Positions 25,185-34,336 of a DNA stretch of 64,000 nt are shown piece after piece. Source of the DNA: a virus; IMG/VR virus record IMGVR_UViG_3300004481_000271, positions 1 through 64,000 of that record; one strand, given 5' to 3'. Within the stretch, counting starts at the first letter, position 1; each line of letters opens with the position of its first letter. Below the pieces are notes generated by a model that was not told the DNA's origin, made no database searches, and saw nothing but the letters and a program-made list of their open reading frames with translations. The position numbers and the translations under genes are program-made.

Positions 25185-26620
25185 GGCGGCGCCTCGGCGG
25201 CGCCCTCGAGCGGGAGCTGGGCGAGGTCGACGTCGACGACCTCGAATCCCTCCCGCTCGTATGCCTTGCGCCTCGCCTTCGAGTGACGCTCGAGGATCGC
25301 GTTCCCGCGGTCCTCGACATCCCAGATCTCGAAGGACGTCTTCTCGTCGGTCCGGCGCATCCCACGACCGGCCCGTTGCAGCGCGGCGATCGTAGACCGG
25401 CCAGCGGCGGCGACGACGACGGAGCGGAGCTCGGGGACGTCGATCCCCTCTTGCCAGACGACCGAGGCGACAACGGCGTCGAGGTTTCCGCGGGAGAGGT
25501 CCTTCTTCGTCCTCGCCCTCGTCGCCTCCGGAGTCGTCCCCCAGACGAGCTCGACGCGGAGCCCGGCTCGCTCGAGGTAGCGGAGGAGGTTCTTCCCGTG
25601 GGCGATCTCCCGCACGAAGACGACGGCCGGCCTTGCGGCGGCCCTCGCGACGACGTCGGCGAGGAGCCGGTTCCGCTTCGTCGAACGAACGATCGCCTCC
25701 CCGTAGACCCCTTGATAGGTCGGACGGTAGATGTCCTGCTCGACGGTGACCATCCGAACTCGCGGGATGGCGAGGACCCCGGCGTCGACGAGCTCCTCGG
25801 TCCGGACCCGATGAATCACCGGACCGAGGGCGCCGACCGCCATCAGGGATCGCTTGTCGTCCCGGTCGAGCGGGGTCCCGGAGAGCCCGAGGCGGTAGCG
25901 GGCGCCAAGGAAGGACATCGCGACCCCGTAGAAGGTCTCGGCGGGGAGGGTGTGGCACTCGTCGACGATGACCCCCTCCGTCCTCCGGAGGAGCTCCCGG
26001 CCGACGGTCGACTCGAGCTTCGCCCGGACGGTCTGAAACGTCGCGACCGTGAGCCGGTCGCCGAGCTCGAGCTTGCCGTCGCCGAAGCGGGCGGCCGGCG
26101 GGAGCGCGATCCCGTGCTCCACGTTCCGGAGGTCGTAGCGTTCGGCGGCCTGATACATGAGCCCCGCCCGGTGGACGATGAAGAGCCAGCGGGTCGGAAG
26201 GGCGCGGGTCAGCCCGACGGCGACCTCGGTCTTCCCGGCTCCCGTCGGAAGCCAGAGGATGCCCCGCCCTCTCCGGACGGCAGCCTCGAGGGCGTCGGCC
26301 TGGTACGGGCGGAGCCAGCGGAGCTCGGCGGCGGGGTCGACGGGGACGCCGGCCGGCCGGACGTCGCAGAGCTCGACGGCGTGCCCCAGGACGGCGGCCC
26401 GCTTCCGAACGAGGGCGAGGAGCCCGGTCGGGAAGGTCTCGTCGAGGACATTGTAGAGGCGGATCTTCGGAGGCTTGACCCGCTCGACCCGTCCGCTCCG
26501 CCGGTCCTTCCGGAAGGCTCGGGACTCGTCGTCGAAGGAGAGATACTCGCGGAGCCATCCCTTCTCGACGTCGTCCCCAGCGACGACCCGGACGACGGTG
26601 TTCGTGACCTCGAGCTTCAC
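25181..26620 (-). CDS. SF2 DExH helicase (UvsW-like)
   Basis: LRPYQ, PTGAGKT, DECH, SGT, EGIDVP, QRAGRGMR. Confidence 0.92.
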   Translation of the reverse strand: MKLEVTNTVVRVVAGDDVEKGWLREYLSFDDESRAFRKDRRSGRVERVKPPKIRLYNVLDETFPTGLLALVRKRAAVLGHAVELCDVRPAGVPVDPAAELRWLRPYQADALEAAVRRGRGILWLPTGAGKTEVAVGLTRALPTRWLFIVHRAGLMYQAAERYDLRNVEHGIALPPAARFGDGKLELGDRLTVATFQTVRAKLESTVGRELLRRTEGVIVDECHTLPAETFYGVAMSFLGARYRLGLSGTPLDRDDKRSLMAVGALGPVIHRVRTEELVDAGVLAIPRVRMVTVEQDIYRPTYQGVYGEAIVRSTKRNRLLADVVARAAARPAVVFVREIAHGKNLLRYLERAGLRVELVWGTTPEATRARTKKDLSRGNLDAVVASVVWQEGIDVPELRSVVVAAAGRSTIAALQRAGRGMRRTDEKTSFEIWDVEDRGNAILERHSKARRKAYEREGFEVVDVDLAQLPLEGAAEAPP

Positions 26621-26937
26621 GACCCGCCCCCGCCCCCGACGGCGAGCGGCGGCGCCGACGAATCCCCGGGGTCGTCCTCGAGGTCGGCGTCGCTTCCGAC
26701 CTCGGGGAGCTCCGCTTCGAGAACCCGCTTCACGATCGGCGGAGCGTCGTAGTAGCGGGCGAGGCTCGCCCTCGAGACGAAGCGAAAGCGCCCGTGTCGG
26801 GAGTCCTCGAGCTTCCCCTCGTCGGCGAGGCGGTAGATCGTCGCGGCGTGGACACCGGCGAGCCAGGCAGCCTCGGCCATGGTGACCCAGCCCGCCTCGC
26901 GCATGATGACCCGGAAGCGGGTCTCCTTCTTTGCCAT
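26617..26937 (-). CDS. HTH_17/excisionase-like DNA-binding protein
   Basis: WVTMAEAAWLAGVHAATIYRLADEGKL...GRFRFV. Confidence 0.75.
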   Translation of the reverse strand: MAKKETRFRVIMREAGWVTMAEAAWLAGVHAATIYRLADEGKLEDSRHGRFRFVSRASLARYYDAPPIVKRVLEAELPEVGSDADLEDDPGDSSAPPLAVGGGGGS

Positions 26938-26941
26938 GGTC

Positions 26942-27787
26942 CTAGTCCTTCCTCCCCGGCGTTGGTCGGAGGAGCGCCTCCGGGTGTCGCCGGCCGAATT
27001 GCCATCGTGTGCGGAGACGAGCTCGGGTCTCCTGCGGATCGGTTGTCGCTGCCCCCAGAAGCCCTCGAGGAACCTTCGGGAAACTCGCGACGTAGGCAAG
27101 AACCTCCGCAAGCTCCGGAGCCTGTAGAGCCAGAAGGAGGGCGAGGCGGCGGAGTCGGTGCCAGCCCTGGGTCGCTCGAATGACCCGGAGAGCCCAGCGG
27201 GGAGCGAAGTCCGAGTCGTGGGCGGCCTTCCCGCGGAACCGTGTCGAGTCGGGGAGGAAGGATCCCGGAAGCGTCCGGACCTCGACCCCGGCAGCCTTGA
27301 GGAGCTTCGACCATTGCCATTGACCGACGCGAACGAAGCCCTCGGCGGCCTGTTCCTTCACCGTTCGTGTCACGAGGCAGAAGTCCGAGCCGAGGTGTCC
27401 GGCGCCGGCCATGAAGCCCAGACCGCAGAGCGGGCAGACTTGACGGGTCCGCACCCCGGCGAGGCGAGCGGTCGCGTCGGCGAGGAGGACCTCGTCGGAG
27501 ACCTCGGGCCCGTCCGTCCCGACGGCGGCGAGGAGGAGCTCCTCCGGCTCCGGGAGGGAAACCTCCTTCGGCTTGACCGACCCGGAGCGGAAGAGACATT
27601 CTGCCGAGCCGAGGTGCACCCTCCCCGTCTCAATCGTGGCGCCACAGTCGGGGCAGACGTAGCGGAAGCGGACCCCGAGGAGCCTCCCCTCCCCGTCGAG
27701 GGCGGCGACGTCCTCGGCCGTCCTGGGCGTCCGGAGCCCCGGCTCGAGCGGCCAGTCGGACGGGCGCCCTCGTCGACCGATGGTCAT
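26942..27787 (-). CDS. Hypothetical protein with two Zn-binding repeats
   Basis: CPDCG...HLGSAEC and CPLCG...HLGSDFC. Confidence 0.6.
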   Translation of the reverse strand: MTIGRRGRPSDWPLEPGLRTPRTAEDVAALDGEGRLLGVRFRYVCPDCGATIETGRVHLGSAECLFRSGSVKPKEVSLPEPEELLLAAVGTDGPEVSDEVLLADATARLAGVRTRQVCPLCGLGFMAGAGHLGSDFCLVTRTVKEQAAEGFVRVGQWQWSKLLKAAGVEVRTLPGSFLPDSTRFRGKAAHDSDFAPRWALRVIRATQGWHRLRRLALLLALQAPELAEVLAYVASFPKVPRGLLGAATTDPQETRARLRTRWQFGRRHPEALLRPTPGRKD

Positions 27788-28356
27788 CCGGCAAGCTCGC
27801 GGAGGCGGTCGTCGGCAACGAGGGCCTCGAGGGCGATCCGCTTCCTCGTCCGGACCTCCTCGACGGGAACCCCGAGGGAGCCGGCGGTCCCTCGGACCGT
27901 CGCCTCGCCGAGGAGGATCGAAAGGATCTCCCGGCCCCCGGTCGCCTCGACGACCTCGCGAAGGCGGCGGTAGGCGCGGGTTCGGTCAATGACCCCCTCG
28001 AGACCGCCGAGGTCCTCGAGGACCTCGCGGTCGTCGGGGAGCTCCTCCGGAAGCTCGGATGTCCCGGCGGCGAGGAGCCTCCGGGCGTTGTGGCGGCCGG
28101 CGTGGACCGGAGCCCCCGCGTAACAGACCGCCTCGAAGAGGGCGACGTTGATCGCCCTGTAGACGTAGGTCGAGAGCTTCGCCGGACCCCTCGACCGGAA
28201 GGTCCTCCGGGCGGCAGCCTCCGCGAGGGCGGCAACCTGGAAGAGGTCCTCCCGGTCGGCCCTCCCCGGGAACTTCTTGACGTAGGTCGAGACGAGAGCC
28301 CAGGTCATCCGGCGGATCTTCTCGTCTTCGGTCCTCGGTCTATCCTTCCCCTTCAT
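27784..28356 (-). CDS. Phage sigma70-family RNA polymerase sigma factor
   Basis: Region 2-like REDLFQVAALA...F...KLSTYVYRAI; region 4-like TVRGTAGSLGVPVEEVRTRKRIAL. Confidence 0.78.
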   Translation of the reverse strand: MKGKDRPRTEDEKIRRMTWALVSTYVKKFPGRADREDLFQVAALAEAAARRTFRSRGPAKLSTYVYRAINVALFEAVCYAGAPVHAGRHNARRLLAAGTSELPEELPDDREVLEDLGGLEGVIDRTRAYRRLREVVEATGGREILSILLGEATVRGTAGSLGVPVEEVRTRKRIALEALVADDRLRELAG

Positions 28357-28777
28357 CCCCGTCTCCTCCGAGCTCGGACGGCGACCGCCGAGCGTTGATG
28401 AAGGCGAGACCGTAGGACCTCGCGGCGGCGCGAAGGACCCGAGCCTCGCCCGGTGTCACGATCGAACGAGAGAGCTCTTTGTCGGTCCCCCGGACGACGA
28501 GCTCGACGACGTGGCGGAGCCCCGCCCCAGCGAAGAAGAGCGCCCCGAAGCGGAGGAGCAACCCCCGGCCAAGGAGCGGACGCACGAGCGGCCGGCCGGC
28601 CTCGGCGAGGCGGCGAGCTCCGTCCTCGAGGCGGACGAGCTCGGCAACGTCGGGAGGGAGAAGCTCGGCGAGGAGCCCAGCGGCGCCCTCCTCGAGGGCG
28701 AGGCGGTCCTCCGACGAGTCCGTCGGAAGGACCCCAGGCGAGAGCGGGGTCCTCGCGAGCGTCCCTCCCTGGCCCAT
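28340..28777 (-). CDS. Hypothetical protein
   Basis: TAATG overlap with AAA gene. Confidence 0.55.
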   Translation of the reverse strand: MGQGGTLARTPLSPGVLPTDSSEDRLALEEGAAGLLAELLPPDVAELVRLEDGARRLAEAGRPLVRPLLGRGLLLRFGALFFAGAGLRHVVELVVRGTDKELSRSIVTPGEARVLRAAARSYGLAFINARRSPSELGGDGDEGEG

Positions 28778-29952
28778 TACGGGCGGACCCCCGCGGCCTC
28801 GAGAATCGGCTGGAGGTCGATCAGGGCGGCCTTCGCGGCGGGTCCGCTATGGAGCCGCTTCCGGACGAGGGAACGGGCGGCGGGGACTGCGAGGTCCGCG
28901 GCCTCCTTCGTCACGCCTCCGACGATCTCCCAGAGCTTCTCGGCCCGCTCACCCTGTCGGTCACACTTCGGCGCGGTGACGAGGGCGGAGCACGACGAGA
29001 GGACAGCGACGGTCCGGTCGAGCTTCGTCGGGTCGTGCTTGAAGTCGATCTTCCCGTCGAGGACGAGCTCGGGGTCCGGGAGCTTGACGCGGGTCCGGAA
29101 GGTCGTCAGCTCGGCGGCGGCGCCGGCGCCGACGAAGGCGGAGAGGAGCTCGTCGGCGAGGATGTCGTCGGCCCCGTGGACGTCGCAGCCCGCGAGGGCC
29201 CTCGTCGCCATCTCCCAGGTTCGCGGCGACGGCCACGCCTTCCCCCTCGAGGCGGAGCCGACGTCCGGCATCTTGAAGAGGAGCTCGGGCCTCGACTTGA
29301 TGAAGCCGGCGACGATCCCCTTTGCCTTCGCGAACGACTTCGGCCAGAGCCCGAGGACGCGGTTCTCCTCGCCGTCGGCGGAGATCTCCCCGTCGGTGTC
29401 GACGGCCCGCTTCCCGTTCGCCCCGATGAGCCAGTCGGTCCAGTCGGAGACCTCCGGGGTCTCCCAGGGAAGATGTCCGAACCGGTTCGCAAGCGGCGGG
29501 GTGAGATCCCAGCCCCCGGCGGCGTCGACGACCGGGTTCGCGGCGGCGACGAAGCGGACTGCGGCGGGGAAGGTGTAGTCTCCGAGGGCCCCGTCGAGGA
29601 CCATTCGGAGGAGGGCGGCCTGGGTCGCCGGCGCCGTCGTCGTGATCTCGTCGACGAAGACGACCCCGCGACCGTCGCCCTCGACCTCGAGGTCGGCGGC
29701 CCACCCCGGCGGAGCGTACTCCATGAATCGCCGCTTCCCCTTCTCGATCGGGATCGGCAGCCCGCCGAAGTCGGCCGGCTCGCGGATCGACGCGACGAGG
29801 GTGTGACAGAGCAGACCGAGGGACGCGGCGGTTCCCTCGATCACGCGAGACTTGCCGATCCCAGGACGCCCCCACCATAGGAGGTTGAGCCCCCATCGGC
29901 CGTTGAGTCCCGGCGTGAAGAGCGCAACGTGCAGAGCTTTTCGGATGTCCAT
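28777..29952 (-). CDS. MoxR-like AAA+ ATPase
   Basis: GRPGIGKS, VFVDEI, AAANP, PPLANRF, PSPRTWE. Confidence 0.9.
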   Translation of the reverse strand: MDIRKALHVALFTPGLNGRWGLNLLWWGRPGIGKSRVIEGTAASLGLLCHTLVASIREPADFGGLPIPIEKGKRRFMEYAPPGWAADLEVEGDGRGVVFVDEITTTAPATQAALLRMVLDGALGDYTFPAAVRFVAAANPVVDAAGGWDLTPPLANRFGHLPWETPEVSDWTDWLIGANGKRAVDTDGEISADGEENRVLGLWPKSFAKAKGIVAGFIKSRPELLFKMPDVGSASRGKAWPSPRTWEMATRALAGCDVHGADDILADELLSAFVGAGAAAELTTFRTRVKLPDPELVLDGKIDFKHDPTKLDRTVAVLSSCSALVTAPKCDRQGERAEKLWEIVGGVTKEAADLAVPAARSLVRKRLHSGPAAKAALIDLQPILEAAGVRP

Positions 29953-29998
29953 CTTCGCCTCCCTCCGTTTCGGACCGTCCCGTCAGCGGTCAATCCTC

Positions 29999-30100
29999 AC
30001 CCTAGACGGTCTTCGCGTCGGTGTCAATCCCTTTCGTCGTTCGCGCCGATCTGCACCCGTACACTTTCCGCTAGACTCTTCGCTTCGGCCGCGGTATGTT
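29999..30100. promoter_or_regulatory. Divergent sigma70-type promoters
   Basis: Minus: TTGACA (30022-30027)-17-TAGGGT (29999-30004); plus: TAGACT (30072-30077)-17-TATGTT (30095-30100). Confidence 0.65.
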
Positions 30101-30146
30101 CAGGATGGACGTCCGGCCCCGCGGCGGGCGTGAGGGAGGCTTGGCG

Positions 30147-31019
30147 ATGGAAAGCAAGGATCTGGTCATCGTGGAAGACGGGACGGGCGTCGCCGGTCGC
30201 GTCGTCTACTGGCGCCTCGAGGGAACCATGGAACACGAGGTCCTTTCCGAGGCATGGCTCGACGCGGAGCTCGACGAGAAGCTCCTCCCGTCGCCCCCGA
30301 CTCCGGAGCGGGCGTTGAAGCGGAGCTTGAAGAGCTGGGCGTCGAAGCGGGTCCTCGTTCGGCCCCTCGGCGCCGGCGTCCGAGGATACGCTCTCGTTTC
30401 CGAGACGGCGGCGGGGAGGGATCTCTCCCATGCGACGGAGCTCCGCGTCGTTCTCGAGGAGGAGGACGGACGACCGAAGCTCGAGCTCACACCGCCAGGG
30501 CATCCCCTCGGCGACGAGGTCCTCCGCCGCTTCGCCGAGGCGACGATGGAGCTCGACACGAGAGACGCCTCGACCTGGCTCGGGACCCTCGTCGCCGTCG
30601 TTCATGCGGTCTCGCTCCGAGACAAGGGCGGCGTCTACTTCATCCCGCGGACGGAGCTCGAGACCTGGGATCGCTTCGTCGCCGTCCTCGGCGACGTCTC
30701 CGAGCATCGGGTCTTTCAGCTCCCCGCGATGAAGACCGCGGACGCGGTCGACGCGATCCTCGACGCGATCACGACCGAGGCGGGGAGCGTCGTCGAGAGG
30801 ATCGAGGCGGACCTCGCGAACGCAGAGCTCGAGCTCGGGAAGCGCGCCCTCCGGACGCGGATCTCTCAGTGCGAGGCGACGCTCGAGAAGGTCGGTCGAT
30901 ACGAAAACCTTCTCGACCGCCGGCTCGACGACGTCCGCGATCGGATCGGTTCCCTCCGCGCCCAGGTCGCGACGGCGATCCTCATGGCGGACGCGGACGA
31001 CGACGAGAAGGGAGGTTGA
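30147..31019 (+). CDS. DUF6744/DUF3150-like protein
   Basis: GRVVYW...P...RAL..., AVSLRDKGGVYFIP, C-terminal helical region; usual neighbour of AAA-VWA pairs. Confidence 0.6.
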   Translation: MESKDLVIVEDGTGVAGRVVYWRLEGTMEHEVLSEAWLDAELDEKLLPSPPTPERALKRSLKSWASKRVLVRPLGAGVRGYALVSETAAGRDLSHATELRVVLEEEDGRPKLELTPPGHPLGDEVLRRFAEATMELDTRDASTWLGTLVAVVHAVSLRDKGGVYFIPRTELETWDRFVAVLGDVSEHRVFQLPAMKTADAVDAILDAITTEAGSVVERIEADLANAELELGKRALRTRISQCEATLEKVGRYENLLDRRLDDVRDRIGSLRAQVATAILMADADDDEKGG

Positions 31020-31023
31020 CCCC

Positions 31024-32520
31024 ATGGCTCGCCGAGAGTTGAGCCCGAACGAGAAGCTCTCCGCCGGGCGCCTCATGGCCCGGGAGAGGATGCCCTACTT
31101 CGCGGCGGCCCTTCATGCCTTGACCCCGGTCAAGGTTCCCGAGGGGTCCCTCGGAACCTTCGGGGTCATGCCGAACTCGGTCCTCCTCGTCGACGACGCA
31201 GCCCTCCGAGCGTGGAACGTCGACGAGGTCGGCGGCGTCCTCGTTCACGAGGCTCTTCACATCATCCGAGACCACGACAAGCGGAGGCGGAAGCTCGGCG
31301 CCGAGTCGCCGGCCGAAGCCCGCCTCTGGAATCTCGCTGCGGACTGCGAGATCAACGACGACCTCGCGGCGGCCGGTCTCCCGATCCCCGGCTCGCCGGT
31401 CTATCCGAAGACCTTCGGTCTCGAGAACGGACGAACCGCCGAGGAATACTTCGGCGAGCTCCGGAAGCTCGCCTCCGAGTGCCCGGTTTGCGGAGGGAAG
31501 CTCGGCGACGACGAGGGCGACGGAAGCGGAGGCGAAGCCGAGGGAGGAGCCCAGGGCGGCGAGGACGGCGAGGGCGAGGGAGCGGACGCCGGCGGGAGCT
31601 CGGGCGGGAGCTCGGGCGGGAGCTCGGGCGGGAGCTCGTCCGGGAAGGGGAGGAAGAAGAAGCCGAAGGGAGGGAAGGGTCGCGGGCGGTGTCCGTTCTG
31701 CTCGGGCCCGAAGAAGCCCCAGGCGGGCGGCGGTTGGTGCGGGTCCGGCGGCGGCGTCCCCGTCCCCGGCGAGCCCGAGCGGAAGGAGGTCGAGGAGCTC
31801 GGCCGGTCCGAGGTCGAGCTCGGCGCCCTCCGGAGGCAGACCGCCGAGGCGGTCCGCGAGGCGGCCGAGAAGTCCCGCGGGACGGTCCCGGCCGGTCTCG
31901 TCCGCTGGGCGGAGGGCGAGCTCGCCCCGGCGCGGGTCGATTGGCGGACGAAGCTCGCCCAGGTCGCCCGGACCGCAGTCGCCTTCCGGCCCGGCGCCGT
32001 CGACTTCCGCTACCATCGCCCGAGCCGTCGTCAGTCGGCCCTCGGGATCGGCGTCGGGAAGCCGGTCCTCCCCGCCCTCGTCCAGCCCGTCCCCCCCCAG
32101 GTCGGGATCGCGATCGACACGTCGGGGTCGATGTCGCCGAAGGAGCTCGCGACCGCGGTCTCCGAGGCGGACGGTATCCTCCGGGCGGTCGGGGCGGAGG
32201 TGACCTTCTTCGCGTGCGATTCGCGCGTCGGGGCGGTGAAGAAGGTCCGCTCTGGGCAGGAGCTCGCGGAGTTGCTCGTCGGAGGCGGCGGGACCGACTT
32301 CGCACCCGTCTTTCGCGCCGTCGAGAAGGTCCGCCCCCACCCCGAGATCCTCGTCTACGCAACGGACGGTTGCGGACCCGCCCCGGCGGAAGCCCCGGTC
32401 GGCCTCCGCGTGATCTGGCTCCTCGTCGGTTCCCAGCGTCAACGACCTTGGTTTCCAGCCGGTGAATGGGGGGACTTCGTCGAGGTCGACGACCTCGACG
32501 AGGTATCCTCCGCGGCGTGA
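31024..32520 (+). CDS. DUF2201-type metallopeptidase-VWA protein
   Basis: HEALH, WNLAADCEIN, MIDAS DTSGSM, GGGGTDF, YATDG. Confidence 0.9.
   Translation: MARRELSPNEKLSAGRLMARERMPYFAAALHALTPVKVPEGSLGTFGVMPNSVLLVDDAALRAWNVDEVGGVLVHEALHIIRDHDKRRRKLGAESPAEARLWNLAADCEINDDLAAAGLPIPGSPVYPKTFGLENGRTAEEYFGELRKLASECPVCGGKLGDDEGDGSGGEAEGGAQGGEDGEGEGADAGGSSGGSSGGSSGGSSSGKGRKKKPKGGKGRGRCPFCSGPKKPQAGGGWCGSGGGVPVPGEPERKEVEELGRSEVELGALRRQTAEAVREAAEKSRGTVPAGLVRWAEGELAPARVDWRTKLAQVARTAVAFRPGAVDFRYHRPSRRQSALGIGVGKPVLPALVQPVPPQVGIAIDTSGSMSPKELATAVSEADGILRAVGAEVTFFACDSRVGAVKKVRSGQELAELLVGGGGTDFAPVFRAVEKVRPHPEILVYATDGCGPAPAEAPVGLRVIWLLVGSQRQRPWFPAGEWGDFVEVDDLDEVSSAA
31591..31638 (+). repeat. 12-bp tandem repeat (GGCGGGAGCTCG)x4 encoding GGSS linker
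   Basis: Direct reading. Confidence 0.9.
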
Positions 32521-32523
32521 TCC

Positions 32524-32553
32524 TTGACGGCTTCCGGCGATCTGAGCAGTAAC
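32524..32553 (+). promoter_or_regulatory. TTGACG-17 nt-CAGTAAC promoter (GAGCAGTAAC motif, plus strand)
   Basis: Same geometry as the 14991 copy; faces plus-strand genes. Confidence 0.65.
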
Positions 32554-32583
32554 TAGATCGTGGGCGGAAGGAGCCCCCGAAAC

Positions 32584-32772
32584 ATGGAGCTTGCCGCGGC
32601 GGTCCTCGAGGGTTGGGTCGTGACCCGGCTCGGCCGGCGAAGCGTCCCCGTCCTCGCCCTCGTCCTCGGTCGGTTGTGTGACCGCTTCGAGGTCGACGCG
32701 GAGCTCGCCTCGAGGCTCGTCGAGCTCGCCCGGTCCGCCTCGGCTCGGACCGCCGAGCTCCGCCCGAATTGA
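32584..32772 (+). CDS. Small hypothetical protein
   Basis: AAGGAG RBS after middle motif. Confidence 0.5.
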   Translation: MELAAAVLEGWVVTRLGRRSVPVLALVLGRLCDRFEVDAELASRLVELARSASARTAELRPN

Positions 32773-32785
32773 AGGGGGTCGAGAC

Positions 32786-33364
32786 GTGGCGAAGACGAAG
32801 GACCGGACGCGCCTCGGCCGTCGGTCGAAGATGAAGGGGAAGGTCTGGGAGCGGGCGGTCGCCCGACTCCTCCGCCCGATCTTCCCCGACGTCTTTCGAG
32901 CTCGCCAGGACCGCCGAGGCGGCGCCGGTGTTGACGAGGGAGCCGACCTCGAGGCGACTCCCTTCTGGGTCGAAGCGAAGCACCGTTGGACCGTGAACGT
33001 CCTCGAGGGCCTCCGCCAGGCAGCGGCAAAGCAAGCGGAGAAGGGCGACGGCCGGCCAGCCGTCGTCATCGCGAAGACGGACAAGACCCCTCCCGGTTGG
33101 AGAGTCGGCCGACCGCTCGAGCCCCCGACGGCAACGATGAAGCTCGCGGACTGGCTGGTTCTAGTCGAGGACTGGGCGAGGCTCCGCCGTCTCGTCGACG
33201 AGGACCTCGAGGCTCCGGTCGGCGACGACGACGTCGTCAGGACTCCGACTTCCCCGACCGGGTCGTCCCGGACGATCCCCCCCACGTCCGAGGATGGCCC
33301 GGTCGGGGGTTCCCTCCCCGAAGCCGGCGGGGAAGACCCCGAGCTGGTAGCAGACCGGATCTAG
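32786..33364 (+). CDS. PD-(D/E)xK Holliday junction resolvase-like
   Basis: SKMKGKVWERAVA, GADL, VEAK. Confidence 0.8.
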   Translation: MAKTKDRTRLGRRSKMKGKVWERAVARLLRPIFPDVFRARQDRRGGAGVDEGADLEATPFWVEAKHRWTVNVLEGLRQAAAKQAEKGDGRPAVVIAKTDKTPPGWRVGRPLEPPTATMKLADWLVLVEDWARLRRLVDEDLEAPVGDDDVVRTPTSPTGSSRTIPPTSEDGPVGGSLPEAGGEDPELVADRI

Positions 33365-34237
33365 ATCCTCCGCGCATCCCTGGCTCCCAGGACGACACCA
33401 GAAGGCGTTGCGCGTCGCGGTTCCCGGGATACGGGCGAGCCCCCTCGCGCACGCCAGGGGGTCGTCACAGGCTCCGCCGGCGTCCTCGCAACGTCCGCCC
33501 CAGGCGATCGCCCAGGCGCCTCGGGTGACCCGCCGGGCGGACTCGCCGGAGGCGAGCTCCCGAACGAGCTCGACGAGCCGCTCGCACCGCGGCCGCTCCC
33601 GAGCATCCCAGCGGGCCTCGCCCTCGGGGAAGGAGGGCGGCCGGCGACAGTCGAGCTCGAGCTCGCCAATCCAGCGGGAGCGGAGGGACCTCGGCGGAAC
33701 CATGCCGAGGACGACCCGTTGAAGCCGACGGAGAGCGGAGAGGGCGGTCTCCCCGTCGGAGCCGCATTCGGTGATCCGCGGGAGGACCTCCCGGCGGCAG
33801 CCCCGGGATCGGACGTTCTGGACGACCTCCCAGATCCCGACGCAGTCGCGGTCGCCGTCGAAGTCTGCCTCGGAGGTGCAGACCCGAAGGAGGGCGGTCG
33901 CGGTCGCGGTCGCGGTCTCCTCGGCGGGGATCGCCCAGAGGCGGGCGCGGGTCTCGCCCGGGGACTCCCAAGGCCAGCGGCGGATCGGGTGAGGACGGCG
34001 CGGCAGGGGGTCCGCCCGCGCGGGTTCCTCGAGCTCGCGGCGACCCGCCGAGGCGGAGAGCTCCTCGGCGGCAAGACGTCGGCCTCGCTCGAGGGCGGCC
34101 TCGAAGTCGAAGTCCTCCTCCTCGAGGGCGAGCCGAACGGCGGCGGCGTCGTCCGCTGGATCGGCGTCCTCGAGCTCGGGCGTCGTGCCGCACGACACCG
34201 CGGCGAGGACGAGAAGGGCGGCGATTGCGGACTTCAT
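33161..34237 (-). CDS. Cys-rich lipoprotein, possible SleB/Hydrolase_2-like cell-wall hydrolase
   Basis: Signal MKSAIAALLVLAAVSC; LLRVCTSEA...IWEVVQNVR resembles the SleB catalytic helix pattern. Confidence 0.55.
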   Translation of the reverse strand: MKSAIAALLVLAAVSCGTTPELEDADPADDAAAVRLALEEEDFDFEAALERGRRLAAEELSASAGRRELEEPARADPLPRRPHPIRRWPWESPGETRARLWAIPAEETATATATALLRVCTSEADFDGDRDCVGIWEVVQNVRSRGCRREVLPRITECGSDGETALSALRRLQRVVLGMVPPRSLRSRWIGELELDCRRPPSFPEGEARWDARERPRCERLVELVRELASGESARRVTRGAWAIAWGGRCEDAGGACDDPLACARGLARIPGTATRNAFWCRPGSQGCAEDLDPVCYQLGVFPAGFGEGTPDRAILGRGGDRPGRPGRGSRSPDDVVVADRSLEVLVDETAEPRPVLD

Positions 34238-34336
34238 GGCGACCTCCGGGTTGAGCCGACCGAGGACGTCCGGCCGGTCGGTCTGGACTTCTCGCGATGG
34301 TAGCGGCAGGCTCCGGAGGAGACAAGGGAGGGAGTC

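Noticed and set aside
26617-26937. Excisionase implying an integration module
   Set aside because: No integrase or att site visible; HTH_17 fold alone is insufficient
33161-33364. 204-nt convergent overlap as dual functional coding
   Set aside because: Both overlapping tails are low-complexity extensions beyond the recognisable domains
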